NCBI GenBank assembly: GCA_000320545.1
Contig: ADNK01003198.1
Span: 1 to 64,000, forward strand
From: Bigelowiella natans CCMP2755
Taxonomy: Eukaryota; Protista; Cercozoa
DNA length: 64,000 nucleotides
Direction: 5' to 3'
Shown one piece after another: positions 25,640 to 38,064 of this stretch. A program made the translations under genes and the position numbers. The notes under the pieces were generated by a model, which saw only the letters and a program-made list of their open reading frames with translations, ran no database searches and was not told the DNA's origin. How positions within the stretch are numbered: position 1 is the first letter of the stretch; each line of letters starts with the position of its first letter.

Positions 25640-26410
25640 GAGCGCCGGGCCCCGGCCTAGCCATGCTAGCATGCGCAAAAGGCTATGCATGTGACGAGTA
25701 AACAGCACAAATATATGCATTGCATTGTGGACAATTTGTGCGTACGTGATCTAGTGATGGCGTATCGTATGTGCTTAATACACCTGAATACATCTTGATG
25801 GCTTCATGGGTGGCTAGGTGGCTATCTAGCTTCGCTTGCTGGCTAGAGCTACTCTAGCTCTCTACTAGCTAGGTAGGTACGTGTTCGTTATAGTTAGTAC
25901 TTAGTACGCACAGTTCTAGCGTTGTCTAAACAAGCCATATAGCGACTAAATAGCTCTAGAGTTGCATGCCAGCATGCTAGCATGTGCAATTGACACAGCT
26001 AGACAGATCTAGAGATGTACTCTATAGAGCTAGCTGCTAGCTAGCTAGCTAGCTTGCTTGCTAGCTTGTACTAGTTCAGTCTTCAGACGACACAAAACCT
26101 AGACACAACCTGACAGCAACCTCTAGATCTAGCTAGCTAGACTAGCTAAACATCATGAGCTTCCAGATCACCTATCTAGCTATACTGCTAGCTCTAGAGC
26201 TAGCTAGCCTGCTCTAGTGCTAGCCTGACTGCATCATGTCGTACCGTAGAATCAAATCATCAAACGAATGTAATGAATGTACTAATTTTTTTTAAATTTT
26301 CATCAAAATGAAGCTATGATAAGCTAGAAAGCTGCGGCTAGAGCGCCCAAAGTATGCTAGCTATCTAGCTATGTATTCTAGTATTAGATAGATGACTACA
26401 TCTAGACATA
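25640..26410. other. CTAG/AGCT/CATG/TGCA-rich tract in a convergent intergenic spacer
   Basis: Dense runs such as GCTAGCTAGCTAGCTAGC and CTCTAGATCTAGCTAGCTAGACTAGC, lying between two 3' gene ends. Confidence 0.8.
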
Positions 26411-26479
26411 GACCATCTTGTCAGTATTTTTAACGTCTTTTGATAACACAAGAGTACGGTAATGCAGAATGAAGAAAGG

Positions 26480-27704
26480 TAACATGCATTACATGATGTG
26501 GCCATTTATCGGCGATCTTTCAGATATACTTTTAATTTTCCTTTGATTCATCATTACAATTCTTTTGAGATGATGATGATGATGATGGTGGTGGTGACTT
26601 CTTCTTTGCCGAAGACGAAGATTTCTTCACTCCTCGTGATTTCTTTATCATCTGACTTATATCTTTCTCATCCTGATGTTCAAAAAGGGACTACATTACT
26701 GCTTTATGCTACAATTTTTATGATACCTATATCGTGTTGTCATGTTGTGTTCTATGAAAACAATACTGATGACATGGAAAAATTATGTTACTACTTGCAT
26801 GTGGTACAAGTAAAATTGGAATTTGAAGGCGCTAGCATCAACCATCTTCCTACAGATACTACCGTAGAGTTTTTCCCAAGCAGCTTGAGCTCATATTTCA
26901 AGAGCTCTTCTACAAGGTTGTGTTTTAATTTAATATCAAATAGTAGAAGGACGACAAGAGGGGGTGGTATGAATGGGGAAATGGATAGATGGCACGATGA
27001 CGAATAAGTTGTTTATAAGTGAGTAGTCGATGATATCAGAAACGCATAATACGATTACTTCTATTGTCTGTCATAGGGCAAATTCTCCTCCTTGATGATA
27101 CGTGTTCAAAGGCTTCCTTGAGTGTCATTCCTTAGAACAGGAAGATGAAGGAGAAGAAGAAGAAGAAGGTGATGATGATGATTAACTAGAACGTCGTGCA
27201 AGGTGTATTCAGAAAGAGCAAACGAAGTTGATCACAGAAGAAGAAGAAGAAGAAGAAGAAGAAGAAGAAGAAGGAGAGGGAAAGCAGGAGGCAAAAGACG
27301 AAGAATCTAATTTGGTGTAAGTCGGTATCTAATGACAACTAATAAACAAGACGCCTCGTGTACATAGTAGATATCATAAAAAACATTGACAATAATAGAT
27401 TACTATTCCAACATTTTAAATTTCATGACTTTGTGGCCATGGAGATACTTGTTATAGTAGCGCCTATGCTCTCTCATACACCATTATCTGTGCAAACGCT
27501 ATTACTACCTACCTTTAATCGTCATGACAATTGCTATTACGAGCTGAGATAGAGATAGGGGTAGGGATGGATAAAGTGCCATGCATCATCATCATCATCA
27601 TCATCATCATCATTCATCATTCATCGTTAATTGTTGTTTTTGCTGCTGCTGCTGCTGCCGTGTATACGCAAATACACACTACTAATTCCTATCTCTCCTG
27701 ATTC

Positions 27705-27740
<36 letters not shown>

Positions 27741-28751
27741 CTCTTAGTTAGTACCGTAGCGGATCGATTAGCCCCAGCAGCGCAGTGAACGTACACCCTG
27801 CCTTGGTAGTAGTAGCAGCAGTAGTAGTAGTAGTAGTAGTAGTAGTAGTCAGTAGTAGTACTTGTTGTTGTAGTTGTACTAGCAACGAAGGAGGAGTGAT
27901 CGTGATTGTGAAGGAGCATCAGTGTATGTTTTATTATTGCTTCGAATAATTAGAAATATGCATTATTTGCATGCGACTAAACTCATAGAGGGGGGTGATG
28001 GGAAGAAGAGAAGAAAGAAGAAGACGAAGAAGAGGAAGAAGGAAAGGTGGGGGGAAAGTTGAGAAGAAGCGGCAATAGTGCCACTTTTGCTGGTGGTAAT
28101 GCTAGTATCCTAGCTCTTAGCATTACTTCCCAGTTTTCCCTTCATCCAGAGATTTTATGACTTTGAAGGCCTCTTCGAACACTCTCGATATTCCTGACCA
28201 TGCACAAACACCCACACATAGATGTATTCCATTACTTAGATTTAGGCATCGACAGGAGCCTTCTATTAGTATTCTATCTATCAACACACGATCGTAGCAT
28301 ATCACTATCACTAAACAGGGCAGACCCTTATATATACAGCAATCATACTACGGATATATTAAAACATATACATGTATTTCAGTGCATAAGGCTTTGCGTG
28401 TGTTTGTGTGTGTGTGTCCATTTGTCTGCCTTAAACTGTAAATGTATATTTACCTTCATCCTGACCAAAATCCGCAACGTGTAGATTCGTATATTTGAAG
28501 TCACTGAGAACGTAAAAGTGGTAGTAGTAGTAGTAGTAGTAGTAGTAGTACATATGGGGGTTGACACATCGCTTATTAGCTGCATTATCATAAATCAAAA
28601 AGGGGTTGACGCATCATTTATTAGCTGCATTATCATGAATCAACAAACTTAGCAAATACGAAACGTGGGCATATCCCTATACGTAAATAATGTCTGTCTT
28701 CTTGATGGGATAGAATTTAGATGATTTTATGTAAAATGTGTGTATGTTTGT

Positions 28752-28792
<41 letters not shown>

Positions 28793-29328
28793 TGTAATGT
28801 TGGTATTTTATCTATCTGCGGATAGAATTTTGATGATGATGATAATGATGATGATGATGATGATGATGATGTTCGAAGTATGTATGAGTGCAATATTTTA
28901 AAGCAAAGAGTGAGAGTTTTATATATGTTATAAATGACTTTGGATGGAAATTCGGCACGTCGTCAGCAACGTTCATTATATCTGTTATGCCAAGGTTCTA
29001 CACAGAAATATCATCATCATCATTATCATCACCATTACTATCACAACGTTTGTGAAACAAAGTAGCCATCAATATGAGGTATACATTCATGAAGGATTTG
29101 AAGATACATGAGACTCTTCTACTCATCTTCTCACTTTGAGATCATCCTTCTTTTTTGCGCTTTCTCCACTACCGAGATACCTAAAGTAATATTGAATTCA
29201 ATCATCATCCATGCTGCTAACACTAATGTTATAGCAGAAGCGCTTTACTATTACAAAAATGGGAGAATTTCGTCGATCTGGTGCCGCCTGCCTTTATGCC
29301 TTTGCAGAATTTCCTGTAAGGTCGCCAT
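26480..29328 (-). CDS. Small atypical dual-specificity protein phosphatase (3' end approximate)
   Basis: Exons MATLQEILQRHKGRRHQIDEILPFL / YLGSGESAKKKDDLK / NLGITDIMNVADDVPNFHP / LHVADFGQDE / GRVYVHCAAGANRSAT (HCxxGxxRS P-loop) / MTLKEAFEHVSSRRRICP / EELLKYE. Confidence 0.9.
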
Positions 29329-29869
29329 TGTTGTTGTTGAGGATGATAGGAGGAGGAGGAGGAGGAGGAGGAGGAGGAGGAGGCAGGTCGGTTGGAGTGT
29401 TACCGATATGTTTCAGTGATGCTATGTCTTAATTTCCACTCAATCATGATCAAAAGCCAGTCCTTATTTTGGTTGTCGCAGGGTTAAAATCGGTTCCTTT
29501 CACAGAAGCATAATAATTCATAATTGAGGTACTAGTAGCAACAGATACCCAACATCATCATCATCATCATCATCATCGTAAATCTATCTCCCCCCACCAA
29601 CTGCTATCACACCAACCTAACCTTATACACACTTAAACATCGATTAGTCCCCTTGTGGAAGCTCGACTTCTCAATCATATACTGGTAAGCAAAGAAGCAA
29701 TCAAACATATTGCGTCCATGCTCATGCGATGACGATGAGAACTACACTCACCAATGATCTCCTGCCTACTACCGCAACAATATTTTTGTAAGTAATTTTG
29801 GTATTGCCAAGGCCGCTCATTTACTTCCATGCAATCAGTAGGTGATATAAAGAAACAACTATCAGCATT

Positions 29870-30370
29870 ATGCCAGCAAAAGATTTCTCACTTACACACG
29901 TGGTCTACGATGATGAGCTCCTATCCCAGAAGGTATAACAACAACGACGACGACGCAGTGTGAATTGACAGGGTTTCAGCTTGCTTTTGGAATCGAATCT
30001 GATAGAATAATATGCTCAATAATCAGATTTTAGCATTGGTGACTCTAACACCGATATTCATCATCGTGGCTTACGTTGCACTGCTTTACTCGCGGCGACA
30101 AATCCACACTCTTTTCATGCTCATAGGACAGCTCGGTATGTAATTGTTATTTGCCAGATATTGCATACTCCTATTTATCTTCCGTTGTCCCTTTTGTTAC
30201 TTTTCACAATATAATACACTTAGTGAACGAAGGGCTAAACAACATTTTAAAGCAGTACATCAAGGAGCCTAGGCCACATGGTTGTAAGCATTCCGGGTCA
30301 TCATCATTAATTAAATCACAGCAACACATATGAGAGATTTATCAGTTTGTCGATAAAAGTCCACACATAT

Positions 30371-30402
<32 letters not shown>

Positions 30403-30839
30403 CTCTACTACGTAGCGATGTAAGTTGTAATGTGTGAGTGTGTATCCACTGAGCCAAGATTGCTATTTCGTCTGTCGCATATCAGGTATGGAATGCCGTC
30501 ATCACATGCACAGGTATTGTTATTGATTATTATCATTATTATTATTATCATTATTATTATTATTATTATTCGTGCATTCTAATCTTAGTAAGGCTATGAA
30601 CCCAATCATCTTAAAGTAGTCATATGAATAATGTTTCTACAAGCAAAATGCAGGGGAAGAATAGATCCATATTATTGCTAATGTTTAACGCTAAATTGAT
30701 AAATCGTGTTGATAACAAGCTTGGTGCTATCCAAACATAAACTTTAATTAGTTTATGGGATATTTTGGTGGCTTTTGCATTCTCTGGTCTTTGGTTTTGG
30801 GGTCCAATGTCGATTTCATCTCCGACAAGGTATACAACA

Positions 30840-30871
<32 letters not shown>

Positions 30872-31265
30872 CACTACCACCACCGCTCTGTGAGAGAATG
30901 GACTTTGTGTTGTGTGCTACTGGTTTTGCTGCAACTCTGAGTGTGGAAGGAAATTTGAGAAGTCGTTCAGCCTGTATAATAATAGCATTCTTTCCTTATT
31001 CTTCTTCACAGAAAACCGGAAATGCTTTCATCATACTGCTTTCTCTTTTGGTAATGTGTCGTTCTTGCTATGATCTCTTTACTTATACTAAACATTCGCT
31101 GCTAGTTGTCTGGTTTCTCTCCATTTTTTTTATGATGATATTGATCTAGGTGACTTACTCAAGAGTCGAGCTGGGATATCACACGGAGACGCAAGTACTA
31201 GTAGTTTGTAGTTGTAATAGAGTTGTGGCAGTGGTAGAGGAGTAGTAGTCAAGACGGAGGCGGAC

Positions 31266-31312
<47 letters not shown>

Positions 31313-32109
31313 TCTTCCCATCAAATACTGATTATTTTCTGTTACTACTGAACACTTTGTGGTAATGGAACAAATGAAGATAAGAAGGGTAAAGAAGAAG
31401 GGCCTTCGTTTTGGTGTTGCCTTTGCTATTTTTCCACAGGATAACAAAATCACATTATTATGTGGGTATCTGATGATGATGATGATAACGATGAATGACG
31501 ATAATTCCTGATCCTCTGTGGGTGCTGCTTTAATAAGGTCATCGTAGGTGGGATCTTAGGGGTATGCTTCGCTGCAATATGGTCGCTATTTATCTCAACG
31601 ATAGTCGACCCTCATATACGCAATATCGAGGAACTATGGATTGCAAAATTCTTCTATTTTAGAGGTATTGCAGAGTTGCTCAAATAGAAGCCAATGTATC
31701 ATTTGAAGACTAAGCTTGAGAGTGCATCAAATATATGACACGCAAATGACGACGAAATTTGTGTTGATTCCTATCTCATACTTAACAGATTCAAAGTGGA
31801 TGCAGCATAATCTTTTTCTCTTCGAGTAGGATTCGATTTATAGGCTTAACATATTTATCCCATTACATAAGGAAGAAACTTCTTTAAGCTACTGCTACTC
31901 CTTTATTCCCTGTATATTCTCAGTCGTGCATGTAAATTCGTATTTGCTTGCGAAATGAATCTGCTGTGACAAAGGGCTAACACGCAACAATGATTGTGAT
32001 AATCAAAGATGATAGTGATGATAATAATGATGATAATTCTGATTGATGATCGGATTACAGGTATGAATCAGCGATTCAGGATAAGACTGGTCGGAAAAAG
32101 AAAAGTTGA
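29870..32109 (+). CDS. DOLPP1: Dolichyldiphosphatase (PAP2 family, CAX4/DOLPP1)
   Basis: Exons MPAKDFSLTHVVY, ILALVTLTPIFIIVAYVALLYSRRQIHT, NEGLNNILKQYIKEPRP (KxxxxxxRP), YGMPSSHAQ (PSSH), YSRVELGYHTETQ-VIVGG (SRxxxxxHxxxQ). C-terminal KKKS resembles an ER-retrieval motif. Confidence 0.9.
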
Positions 32110-32379
32110 ATTGCAACGGTCTACTAAATGATATTTAAACAAATTTGTACGTGAAAAATAGATTGGTGTGTCTTTCCCATTAAGAAACTGCGAATGAAGA
32201 GCAAACCATGAGTCATGTATATAATTACCTGTATCATTGCGCAGGTGTAGCATTCATATGACAAAAAGTCTCGCTTTGTATGAATGGGCGTCGTACGTAG
32301 GTATCGTAACAATCAATACATAATAACATCGATCAATTAAATAATAATGTAGCGTTTCGCGTATGCATCGCACTACTCG

Positions 32380-32970
32380 ACGTTCACATGACTCTAGCAG
32401 TCTAGGACTAGCTGCTGCACGCGCGGGCATCATAATGTGACAATAAATAATCAATAAGAAATTTACATGCTCACTCTAGAGTTATTGGGTTCGCCTAGTC
32501 GCCAATAAGCCGGTAGCACTTCAACTTGCAGCATCATCAGCATGCGCTAAATAGCTAGCTGATAGCATTAGAGCATGTCTTGCTAAGACTTGCTAGCTTC
32601 TAGAGCTTGGCACCACAGAGAGATGGCGCATGCAATAAACGATCGATTGCACACATCTAGCTAGCTAGATCTAGAATGCAAGAATAGTGTCTAGACACAT
32701 ATGTCTGGATGAGCTTACCGTAGATGCGTGTGATGCATGCTGTATGGCTAGCAAGATGACTACCCAACATGCACAATGGCCGCGGCAATCAGTTATAGTT
32801 GTGCAATATCACATCGAGCACGTACGTCTAGACATGTACGTAATTCGATCTAGAATTATAATGAGTGGACGCGAGGATTGTAGGGCATTCATTAGTAGTA
32901 AGGCGTAGATATTGTCGCCGATCCTTAAAATGTGTGCAGCGCGCGTGCGAGCACGAGCATCAGTATGTAG
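32380..32970. other. CTAG/CATG/TGCA-rich tract in a convergent intergenic spacer
   Basis: CTAGCTAGCTAGATCTAG, GCTAGCTTCTAGAGC and TGATGCATGC, between the DOLPP1 and ORC1 3' ends. Confidence 0.75.
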
Positions 32971-33143
32971 CAATCGATCAAGTGAAAAATACGTCAAAAA
33001 ATATAGCGCTCACATTGACTGCATGCTATTGTGTTGCAGCCTACAGTCAGTCAACATGTGTCCAACGCATTTTAAGTTAGAAATGTTCTTTGTTGTTGAA
33101 CAAACTTAATTTTAGAAGCTTGCACCGAATAGTGACTCCTTTG

Positions 33144-35723
33144 CTAATGCTGGAGCTTTCCCCACATTTCATCTTCTCTCAGAGCAAAGTGGACGTCATC
33201 TTGGTGCACAAGCAACTGAACCATCGGATTCCGAGATTTCTTCGAGTTCTCAAAGCTTATGATATGTACATTGGCAAGGGAGTGAGTGAGTTGAGCGAAA
33301 TAAGCTGGGGCATCTGGAACAATGTGCTGGTACCCACTTGTCGTAGCAATTCGAATGCATCTGTCTACAACATTTTGGTATTCAACTTGAGGAGATTGCC
33401 TCTTCTTGGTTTCAAGCATCAATGAATTTAGGAAAAACTTCTGGGAGGCAGGAAGATGTAGAATATACTGGATATATGGAGAATGGAAAAGCTCTTCCGT
33501 GGCTTGAATAACATTTCGAATTGACACTGAGGGACGGCGAGTCATATCTTCTACTTCCTCTTTTGGCCTATCGTCATTTTCCCCCCCAACATCTTGTTTC
33601 CTTTTTGTCTCCTCCTCTTGCTCTCGACATATTTCTGCTGCTCGACGGGCAATATGCAATGCTTTTCTCACATCACCTGTTGTACTTGCTACCTTTCTAG
33701 AGCACAATTCAATAGCGTCACTGTCGAAGTTGCTAAGGCCCGTGAGCCTTGCATGGATAATCTTCTCTATCTGCTTCCTTGTGTACGCCTTGAATGTCAA
33801 TCGAAGCAATCCCATACGACTATTCACCCTAGGCATCAGCCGCTCTGGTAGATCCATTGTATTAGCAATACCGACAACAACTAACCTCGCATGTCGTTGA
33901 CTCGGCCAATTGAATAAGTTATAAATGACATCTTGCTTTCGATTCATGATGTAATCTATCTCATCAACAAGCAGCACACATACTGCTCGATTGGAACACG
34001 GTGTTGAAAAGTACTTTTGAAGTAGCAATGTTGCTCGCTTTGTTGTAGTTGTAGTTCCCGTTAGTCGAGCCAACAACTCTCGATATAGGAACGAGGGATC
34101 TGGTAACTTCATCGCATTTAACATCACAAATTTAAATGGGGGTAGTAGTCCTGCTTGTTGTTTTTTCGTTGCTGATCTGACAACTTGGAGAACCGTAGCT
34201 GTTTTACCTGTTCCTGGCATACCAGATATGTATAGTCCTTTATCAGACCTCCCATTCCTTATGCCATCCTCTATGAATTGTGTTATTGTTCTTCGCTCTG
34301 GGCCACGACAAGGAAGCTCTTCTGGTACTGCAGAGAGTTGGAGAGCCATGGTTGCCTTCGTCAAATCGTCGGTAAATACTTCTTTACCCTCTGAGGTGGT
34401 GGAAGAAGAAGAAGTAGACGAAGAAGAAGAGGAGGAGGAGGAGGAAACATCTACTTCAAAAGTAGCGACAGCCTCCACGTCCTTCTTATCATCAGCATCT
34501 ACAGTCGCCGCAGTAGAAGTAATATTCGTCGTCAGGATAATTGGGCGATACTCACCGGTCTCCATATTGTACCTTTGCCGGCAGACAAATACCCTAAAAT
34601 CCTCTCCCTCCTTTTGGTCCTTCGAACACATATTATTATGATCTGCTTTTGCGCCCTCATTGTCTTCCTCCTCATCCTCCATCCCGATGACATGGCATTT
34701 GGATCTCACAGTGCAAAGTTCATTTTCATTAACCAAAGAAGAGATAAATATTTCATTCTCAAGATGATGCTTCAGCCTTCCGTATATCGTTTCTTCTGGA
34801 GTGTAATACCATCTAAATCTACCCCATTTCTTGCCATATGGGTCTTCATAAAGATCGTCAATCTTCCCAATTAAGAATGACCCATCCGGTTTATTTAACG
34901 TCACATTATCACCAAGCTTAAAGGTTTGCCCGTCGTATTCGTAAGAGAGATAGTGATTCTTCCTTTTGGTCTTCAATCGTGTCTTCCAGAAGAATTTTGA
35001 TTCCCATTCCTTGTCGTTTGACGTGATTGGATGATCTCGGTTGCAGCACGCTTCTCCTATCATGGAGCAAAAGAACTCATCACTCCCATTCAGGATATCT
35101 TCCACCACTGCAGCATCAGCAGTTATACAAGATTGGTGATATGCCTTTGGACACCCATCACAGCAAATGAGATTTCCGTATTCTCCACAAATAGCACAAA
35201 TTTCGTCGTTTGGGTCTCCTTCGTCACTGTTGCCAGCTTCTTCTTCGTGGGATTCTTGAGTCTTTCTAGTCTTCGAAGGTATATCTAATGTGGAACTCCC
35301 ATCACCATCTTCATTCTCTTGCTTCTCTTCTCGTGCTGTTCCACACATAGCACATAAAGATAACTTTCCAGCAGTATTCCGACGTTTATTGATGAACGTA
35401 CATGCAGAACAAGACCACCACCATCCGGGATTATGTTCGCTTTTTCTCTCATCAGTTCTATGTTTGACCAGCACCTTCGTCTTCTTCTTTTTGGTTGCAC
35501 AGATATTATCAATGCTTTGTGCTTTCACCTTTGAATCACCCCTCTTGCGCTTTTTATTTCTCTTCAATAAAGATTCTGGTTCTAACAACATTTTCCCTCT
35601 TTTCGATTGCCGGAAACCCAGGCAAACCTTCTTTACTCCTTTCCGCAATAGACATTTTTCTATTGCACGGTTGGTACCACAGCCACCCTTCTTTTGCTTT
35701 TTGCAAACATTGCAACGCACCAT
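33144..35723 (-). CDS. ORC1: Origin recognition complex subunit 1, intronless (859 aa): Cys-rich N-terminus, RanBP2-type zinc finger, PHD, BAH, AAA+ and winged helix
   Basis: LQLSAVPEELPCR, LYISGMPGTGKT (Walker A), LLVDEID (Walker B), QDVIYNLFNWP, GIANTMDLPERL, GDVRKAL. PHD: CAIC...CDGC...HQSC. BAH: GKIDDLYED...FRWYYTPEET...ENEIF. RanBP2: WSCSACTFIN...CAMC. The first ATG is at 35723; the track start at 35816 is TTG. Confidence 0.95.
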   Translation of the reverse strand: MVRCNVCKKQKKGGCGTNRAIEKCLLRKGVKKVCLGFRQSKRGKMLLEPESLLKRNKKRKRGDSKVKAQSIDNICATKKKKTKVLVKHRTDERKSEHNPGWWWSCSACTFINKRRNTAGKLSLCAMCGTAREEKQENEDGDGSSTLDIPSKTRKTQESHEEEAGNSDEGDPNDEICAICGEYGNLICCDGCPKAYHQSCITADAAVVEDILNGSDEFFCSMIGEACCNRDHPITSNDKEWESKFFWKTRLKTKRKNHYLSYEYDGQTFKLGDNVTLNKPDGSFLIGKIDDLYEDPYGKKWGRFRWYYTPEETIYGRLKHHLENEIFISSLVNENELCTVRSKCHVIGMEDEEEDNEGAKADHNNMCSKDQKEGEDFRVFVCRQRYNMETGEYRPIILTTNITSTAATVDADDKKDVEAVATFEVDVSSSSSSSSSSTSSSSTTSEGKEVFTDDLTKATMALQLSAVPEELPCRGPERRTITQFIEDGIRNGRSDKGLYISGMPGTGKTATVLQVVRSATKKQQAGLLPPFKFVMLNAMKLPDPSFLYRELLARLTGTTTTTKRATLLLQKYFSTPCSNRAVCVLLVDEIDYIMNRKQDVIYNLFNWPSQRHARLVVVGIANTMDLPERLMPRVNSRMGLLRLTFKAYTRKQIEKIIHARLTGLSNFDSDAIELCSRKVASTTGDVRKALHIARRAAEICREQEEETKRKQDVGGENDDRPKEEVEDMTRRPSVSIRNVIQATEELFHSPYIQYILHLPASQKFFLNSLMLETKKRQSPQVEYQNVVDRCIRIATTSGYQHIVPDAPAYFAQLTHSLANVHIISFENSKKSRNPMVQLLVHQDDVHFALREDEMWGKLQH

Positions 35724-36320
35724 CGAAGAGATTCGGAACTGGTTGTGGGTATTGAGCTGTGTGGCGGGAAGGTTGTTGGACCAGTTGACGTTTGATATGA
35801 CGTGTGGAAACGACAATGTTTTATCCTCACTAATACGCTAAAACCTCCTCTATTTCCTTCAGGATTCTATAAGAGGTTCGCGCCAAACTTCCTCTTTTCC
35901 CGCCAATTCTCTATCCAACATCTCATTCATTTTTGGTTGACGACAAAGTAAGTAGACAACATCACCTGATAAATGATGCGAACGGCATGTTTTTCACGCA
36001 TTCCGCGCTCTAAAAAATGAAGTGACAGGAAAATTCTAGGTCTTTTTTTTTCCCTGAATTTGTTGTGATGCCAACAACTACGCTATGAAGAACTAGAGTG
36101 ATGCGCACTATAGAAATATCTTATAATTCTTGCCAACCGAAAGATAAACATGGATAACCACCCATGTTGCATGCTACTAAGATGTAAGTATGAAAGGATG
36201 TTAGGTCAGAATATATCTGTAAAACTACTACATAAAAACTAAACCTATGAATATACTGAAACAACAGCCGACAACAACCCATACCCCCCTCCTTCTGCCA
36301 ACTCGCACAAAAATAGAGCC

Positions 36321-36791
36321 ATGCAGGGATTCGTGCGCAACAACAGCATGTTGAGGGGTGCACAGCTCTGTTGTCAAAGATCATGTGCCTCTCCTCTCTT
36401 ACCATTACGCGGAGCTCTGTTTTCGCCTCAGAGACTGGGTGGGCTTTCATCCTCTGGCCCAGGTCGCTTTGCAAGACGCCTTTCGAACGACAGCAAAGGT
36501 TTCCTCTCTTGTCCAGGTAACATCTGTCACTTTGCTACAATGCAGGGAAAAATCATCTTGGAAAAACTACTGTTAGTCGTATTAGTAGTAGGAAACGGGG
36601 AGAATCATCCATGGGCCTGGGCGGGGGGTTAAGTTATGTATACTACAAATAAGTACACACAGGGGGGGGGGGGCATGGTTGCCTGAAGACACATTTTGCT
36701 CTGTGATAGTTTTAGTGCTGATAAAACTTTAGACATATACCAAAGCGTTAATAATCGTTGATACAAACGATAACAACGCATAAACACAACG

Positions 36792-36822
<31 letters not shown>

Positions 36823-37980
36823 AACTACTACTAGATTTTTCCATTGTCGACACTACCTTGCGCGAAGGAGAGCAGGTTAAACATTTATACTACGCAAGAT
36901 GTTTTGTGACGCACAGTTGCTGCTATATGTTTATGGGCTGCCTGTCTGTCTGCCTGTCTTTGATCATTCACCGATCCATAAAATGTCGGTAGTAAATATT
37001 TCTTCTCCTATTCTTCATCATCTTATTTTTCCCACTACCGCTGTCATCTCTCGCCCTCTCTCTTTCTCTGTCCACTCTATGTTGATATCTGCCATTCTTC
37101 TCTCGGTGGCCTCCTCCTTACTTGCTATTATTATTATCTGTTATTTAGTTCGCAACTGCGGAGTTCACACCTCAAGATCGAATGTATATCGCTAAGATAT
37201 TAGACAGAATGGGTGAGTAGGAACGATGTCAGAATGTAGCTGGATGATGATGATGAAGAGAAATAGTTCTCTCTCACATAATGAAGAAAAACATTACATG
37301 GGATATATCGATAACGATTGCGAAGAAATGATGTTTGGCTGCTTTTCATCAGTCTTTGGATTCAAGAAAACATTCTTTTCACATCATTATTCCTCCCGCA
37401 ACAGGCAATGTGATAAATAACATGATCTATCTTATAATATAGGTGTAGAGTACATTGAAATGGTCAACCCAATGGCAGGAAAGCAGGTAAAAGCAGCAGC
37501 AGCAACAACAACAACAACAACAACATTCAACAAAAAGAGGAGAGGAAGTGTACAAGTGAATAGATAAGAACAACAGGAGGGCCTGCACCGAACATATGCA
37601 CACTATAGAGAAAATTGATGTTGTTAGTAATCATACAACTCAGAAGGAGAACTTGCTGCTCAATCCTGCAGTTTTCACTCCTCTCGTTGTCATTTCCTAT
37701 GCCGTATCTCTGAGCCACCATCAACCCCCTCCCCCCTGCCAATGATATAGGCAATCGAAGATTGTGAGAACGTAGCAAAATTAGGCTTGAAGGTAAACCT
37801 TCTCGTCCTCCTCCTCCCCCGCCTCCTCCCCCTCCTTGGAACTATCATCTTCCTATTTGTTGTTAAAAGTAAAATCGTAAAATAAGCGAACTACTCTGCT
37901 GCTGTTAATGAATGAATGGTGGCACAGGCAAAGATACTGGTGCACACACGTTGCCATATGTCTGACGTCAAAGCAGCGGT

Positions 37981-38017
<37 letters not shown>

Positions 38018-38031
38018 CAACACACAACAGC

Positions 38032-38064
<33 letters not shown>

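Noticed and set aside
25640-26410. Z-DNA or cruciform supercoil sink as the explanation for the spacer tracts
   Set aside because: Those structures are favoured by negative supercoiling, whereas convergent transcription generates positive supercoils. CTAG/AGCT runs are also not strictly alternating purine-pyrimidine.
26480-32109. Two phosphatases head-to-head as a functional cluster
   Set aside because: They have unrelated folds and substrates (DSP vs PAP2), and the other divergent pairs are also functionally unrelated.
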